Shown here in pieces: positions 59,656 through 64,000 of a stretch of 64,000 bases of DNA. This stretch comes from the human T2T-CHM13v2.0 reference genome, Homo sapiens: NCBI RefSeq assembly GCF_009914755.1, contig NC_060928.1; one strand, given 5' to 3'. The position numbers and the translations under genes are program-made. How positions within the stretch are numbered: the first letter of the stretch is position 1; the number at the start of each line of letters is the position of its first letter. The notes beneath the pieces are model-generated. The model worked only from the letters and a program-made list of their open reading frames with translations. It ran no database searches and was not told the origin of the DNA.

Positions 59656-60599
59656 TCTTCCTTTCCTCCTTCCTTCCTTTTCGTCAATTGCTTATTGAAT
59701 ACTTCCTCTGTGTTTCCTGTTCCCTGACCCTCCCCTCCACACCTCCCCACTGTGTAGGTAAGGAAAACCTAAAGATAAATAGGACATAAAGAGGCTTATG
59801 GTACAATGGGGGAGGTGGACATGTAAACAGATAAACCATTAGGATTTCTGATATCTAAGACTGCACAATTTATACATGTCTAAAATTAGGGAACCTGGCT
59901 GATTCATACGATTCATACCAGGAATAAGAGCCTGGGAACTTACTTCCTTAAAGACCAGTGCCCAGTGGGGGATGCTTAGAAGTGTCACTGTACAACATTT
60001 GCTGTCCAGAATCCTGACTTTTCAGAAAGAGACATGGACAATATTAACAGGGAAGAGGCCTTTGCTCTTCAAGCACCTTGATGGGTTTGCAACGGCACCT
60101 TTGAGAGGAGGCTGTATTTGTCTGCTTTATTTAAAGGGGGAAGTTTGAAGTAGAGGTGGTGGGGGCACTGGAGTAGGAAAGGAGTAAGAATGGCAGGATC
60201 CTGCATGGACAAAAGGCTGGAGAAAAATCTCCATGGAGGATGAATTTGTAAGTTATATCTGCTATGAGCAGTGCTGTTAAAATATTTACTCCGTAACACT
60301 CCCCACCCCCCAGATCCACTCATTATCTCGAACTGCCTGGGGTAAAAGGAGGAGATCAAGGAAGAATCTGGATCCTTTAAAAATGTCATGGGTCAAAACG
60401 GTAGGAGCTAGAGGCAAAGAAAACCATGAGAATATAAATCCATGACTATTCACACAACTACTGGGGAAGTCTTTGGATATTTTTCAGGCCACGGAATTAA
60501 GGATTCAGGGGAATTTCAGGCAGCTCCCAAGGAGTAGGGAGGACCCAGATGCTATCTACATTGGAGCAATAATATCCGTGAAATTGTTGGTCATATTTT

Positions 60600-60930
60600 C
60601 AACTCAGGGTCCTGGTCCTGTTCAAATGCTTACAGCAGCAAGGGAGATAAAGGAGTAAAGCAGGCTGGATGTGAGACAGCAGGGAGTGGTAGGCGCTGCA
60701 GCAAGCTGTAGGGTGCAAGTCCTATCGGAAGGAGACAATTGTCTCCCAGCTCCAGCGGAGTGTTGCCTTGCAAGAATGCAAGCCCAGTGTTGCCAGATAG
60801 TCCACATTTTAAGAGAAGCCAGAAATGCAAATGTTTCAGAAAAACCTCGTTTTTGAAAAATGTTAACTAATTCAGAAAATATTTTCAAACTTCAAGGGTC
60901 AAACAAAAGATGTCTCGTGATGTATGTGGT
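60600..60930. mobile_element. MER102-like hAT element
   Basis: GTTGCCAGAT...TTTTAAGAGAAGCCAGAAAT...TGTTAACTAATTCA...CAAACAAAAGATGTCT. Confidence 0.55.
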
Positions 60931-62244
60931 TTCTAATTTAGAAGACAGAACAAATACAGGGATAAGATTCATTTTCAAAACAAGTAAAGAAATGAATGGC
61001 ATTTAAGTGAGATATGATAGGAAAAGCTCTGATTCATGCATCTTAAATCCAGGGCTTTCGGCTCTGCTTGACTACTATTTGTCTGTATGTTTACAATGAA
61101 ATAATTTATAATGTCGTGGCCTTCATCTCTTTATCCATAAAATGAAGGCATTAAATCTGACACTTTTTTTAGACTTGGAGATGTGATGATTGAGGGGGCA
61201 GAAAGAAAGTGTAAGCAGTGGAAAAATGAGCCCTGGGTGTGTTTCAAAATGTGTTGAATTCATTGACATTTATTATGTGTCTGCAAGGTACATTGCCTTG
61301 ATCATGGAATTCTTGCTTACTGTGAAAAAGTAAGCATAAACTCAAAAAGCACCTTAATTATTTTGCCTACCTGAGAACAATGCTTTCAAAGAAGTGGGAG
61401 AAGAGCCTCCCCCAACTGGAAGCTGTGTTACTGACACTATCAGCAGGTGAGTTACAGAGTCTGTCAGCAACGATAAGAGCACTGGCGTATTTCCTATTCA
61501 GACTGACGCTGCTCTGAGACAGGAACCTAACTGATGTTTGTTCAATAATACCAAGATATGTCACAGAATCTGTGGGGGTGTCCGGTATCTTTTGTCAGCT
61601 TAGACTCAAACCCTGGAGAAAATATGTTGCAGACTGCTGCAGATGTTCTGAGATTAAATGATGTTTTCCTGAAAATGCATGAGGCATGGTCTACCGGTTT
61701 GCCTATTGGCAAACCGCCTCTTGCTGCCATCAAGACCCCACCCCCTCCCCCAGGCCATTCTGAAAAAGCAGAGCTGCCTCTAGGCCTTTCAGCTTTACCC
61801 TGAACCTCAAGACACTCCCACATTCTTCAGGGATTTGGGGATGGGTGGGTGGGTCTTATGATCCCAAAAGGATGGGATAGGGGAGAAGTGGGGTGGGTGG
61901 GAGGATGAGAGGTAGATGCAAAAAGATGGGTGGGGAAGAGAGGACCTAAACACAGTGCTGAGATCGAGTAATTTTAGGAGGCAGTACTGTTTGTGGAACA
62001 TTTCATTCTTTATAGCTACTGTCACATTCTAGTCATTAGACTGCATTTACTTGTGGGTTGTAGAAATTACTTCCCATGGGAAACTAAAGCAATTCCTTCT
62101 TCAAAGGATGCTTTGTTTTCTAAGAGAAGAAAGTAAAGCCTATGACAGTGCAGCCAACTATGTAACCTACATTCCCTGCTAAGCCACTCTTGGTTGAAGT
62201 TCACTGTTTAGCATGACCACATAAAGAAGTAACCAAGAAATGAT

Positions 62245-62470
62245 GATGATGACGATGATAATGATAATAATAGCTAGCATGTACTGAGCATCTTCTATAT
62301 GCCAAGCCCTGAACTGAACCTTTATTTATGTGTTTTAATCCCTATAGAAACCCTGGCTATTATCATTAGCCCCATTTTACAGATGAGAAAACTGAGGCTT
62401 AAAGAAGCTATATGTGCTCACGATAACACAGCTAGGACTTAAACCTGATCTGTTCTGCTCTGAAGTCCAT
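62245..62470 (-). mobile_element. MIR
   Basis: Near-perfect core CCCATTTTACAGATGAGAAAACTGAGGCTT. Confidence 0.85.
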
Positions 62471-64000
62471 TCTTACAGGCACTGACCTCTGAATGTACCA
62501 CATTTGGCTGAGAAGTCCTTTGTCATTTCTGACATAGAATCTCTCCTAGCAAAAACTTCAGGAATAAGGAGTGAATGAAACAGGAGTGCACAAAACAGAG
62601 AGTGGTATATCTGAAACTGGAGAAGTCCATGTGAATTTCAGTTTTAATCAATTACATCCATTAGGTGACAGCTGCTTCCCTTCTGCCCTCCAGGTGCCTG
62701 CACCTAGAGCTTAAAACATCTGCAAATTAAAGTGAGACTGTGCTGCTGTCCGAGGAAATGAGAGCAGCAGCTTCTGCTCTCTGCGGCCTCTGCCAGCCCA
62801 AATCCCATTCTTGCCTTGTTAGCATTTATATAAGACCTCTGGCTGCAGCACCAATCTACTGTACCTCCCTGCCCTGCGTATTCTCATTTTGATTAGTTAC
62901 AGTGGAGCTGTAATAACTGGCTTCATTTCTTCCCTTCACACCTGATAGAATACCAGGAGCTCCCTGGGCCCTTTGTCTGGTATAGCATCAAGCCAGGATC
63001 AATCTCACCTGAGCGATGATTACTAATTAAATGCTTCCATCCTTCTATTCCATGTTCCAGTTTTCAAAGAGCTTTCAAACACATTTTCTTGTTTGCAGTG
63101 ACATAATGAGTCAATGGGGGCCCGGCGAAAAGCTCCGTGTGTCCCCGCCCCTATCACACAAAGAATTCCTCTTTTTTCTCTTGAGAGCAGGACTCTAGAA
63201 GGGTTTGGGTTTTGGCTGTGATGCTAGAAGGAGGAGGAAGGGAACCCCCACCACGCAGCTCTTATAGTATTAAGGAGAGAGTTTATTGAAGAATAGAGGC
63301 AAGAGCCTTGGAGCCTCTAGAAATGCACTTTCCTAACCTTGGGCGCCTCCACTCAGGTGTCCTCTGCCTTCAAGGTAGTTGGAGATTTAAATTGATACCT
63401 TGGAGTAGCCGGCCACCCACCCTCATGGAGGGCACAGATCAGCCCCCTTCTTTCTCTTCCCACACTGGATCTCCATCAGTTTGCCAGTAGCTCGGAGGGA
63501 TGCTTTTGCCCTTGGTCAACAGATTCTCCCTGGGCTTAGCACATGGGGCCCTCCCAGCCCTTGGATCCCAACTCAGTTCCTATGTTGGACGCTTTTCCAT
63601 CCTAAAAGAAGAGAAATCTTTTCTTATTTAAACCACGCAGTAGAGTGTGCCACATCATTTAGCCAAGCACATTAATGAACCTTTGGAGATGTCAAGAGAA
63701 GCCAGAGTTGAGTTTGAGAATAGGGGTTGGAGCAGCTGAAGTGTGCTGCAAAATGATTCTCTGAAAAATGTTTCTACGCTAGTGAGAGCTGAGAAGAGGG
63801 AGGAGGCATGAGGCATGACTTATAGTAGGAGGCAGATGCCTGCGCTGACAGAAATGGGCAAGGTGGTTCAGAAATGAAAGTCCAATATTTAACTTTTTGT
63901 TGTTTACAGTGTGGCAATGGGAAGCCCTTCTGTTTCCCAGTCAGTGAAATCTGACTTATTAACATATGTGCAGTGAGTTGTTTTGTGCGAAAATGAAGGG

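Overview
This is human genomic DNA: the window contains AluYb8 and AluYa5 copies, which are essentially human-specific subfamilies. It reads as repeat-rich intergenic or deep-intronic sequence. I recognise no protein-coding gene, RNA gene or CRISPR-like array, and almost every ORF in the track is an Alu, L1 or LTR artefact, or a chance ORF. The main contents are: (1) about 17 Alus, including very young AluYb8 (5.8-6.1 kb) and AluYa5 (59.1-59.4 kb) copies with intact target-site duplications; (2) a full-length but disabled minus-strand L1PA3/PA4-type LINE-1 (47.7-53.9 kb) that keeps the 129-bp 5'UTR segment and has an ORF0 frame broken by one stop; (3) older L1M, L2 and MIR fragments, MaLR/ERVL solo LTRs and DNA-transposon fossils, including a Charlie hAT transposase remnant; (4) several unique stretches with candidate enhancer motif clusters, a CpG-rich element at about 58.3-58.8 kb and candidate unannotated exons at 6.4-8.3 kb. 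I could not support a genuinely new biological system. Subfamily calls come from remembered consensus motifs, and boundaries of old repeats are approximate.
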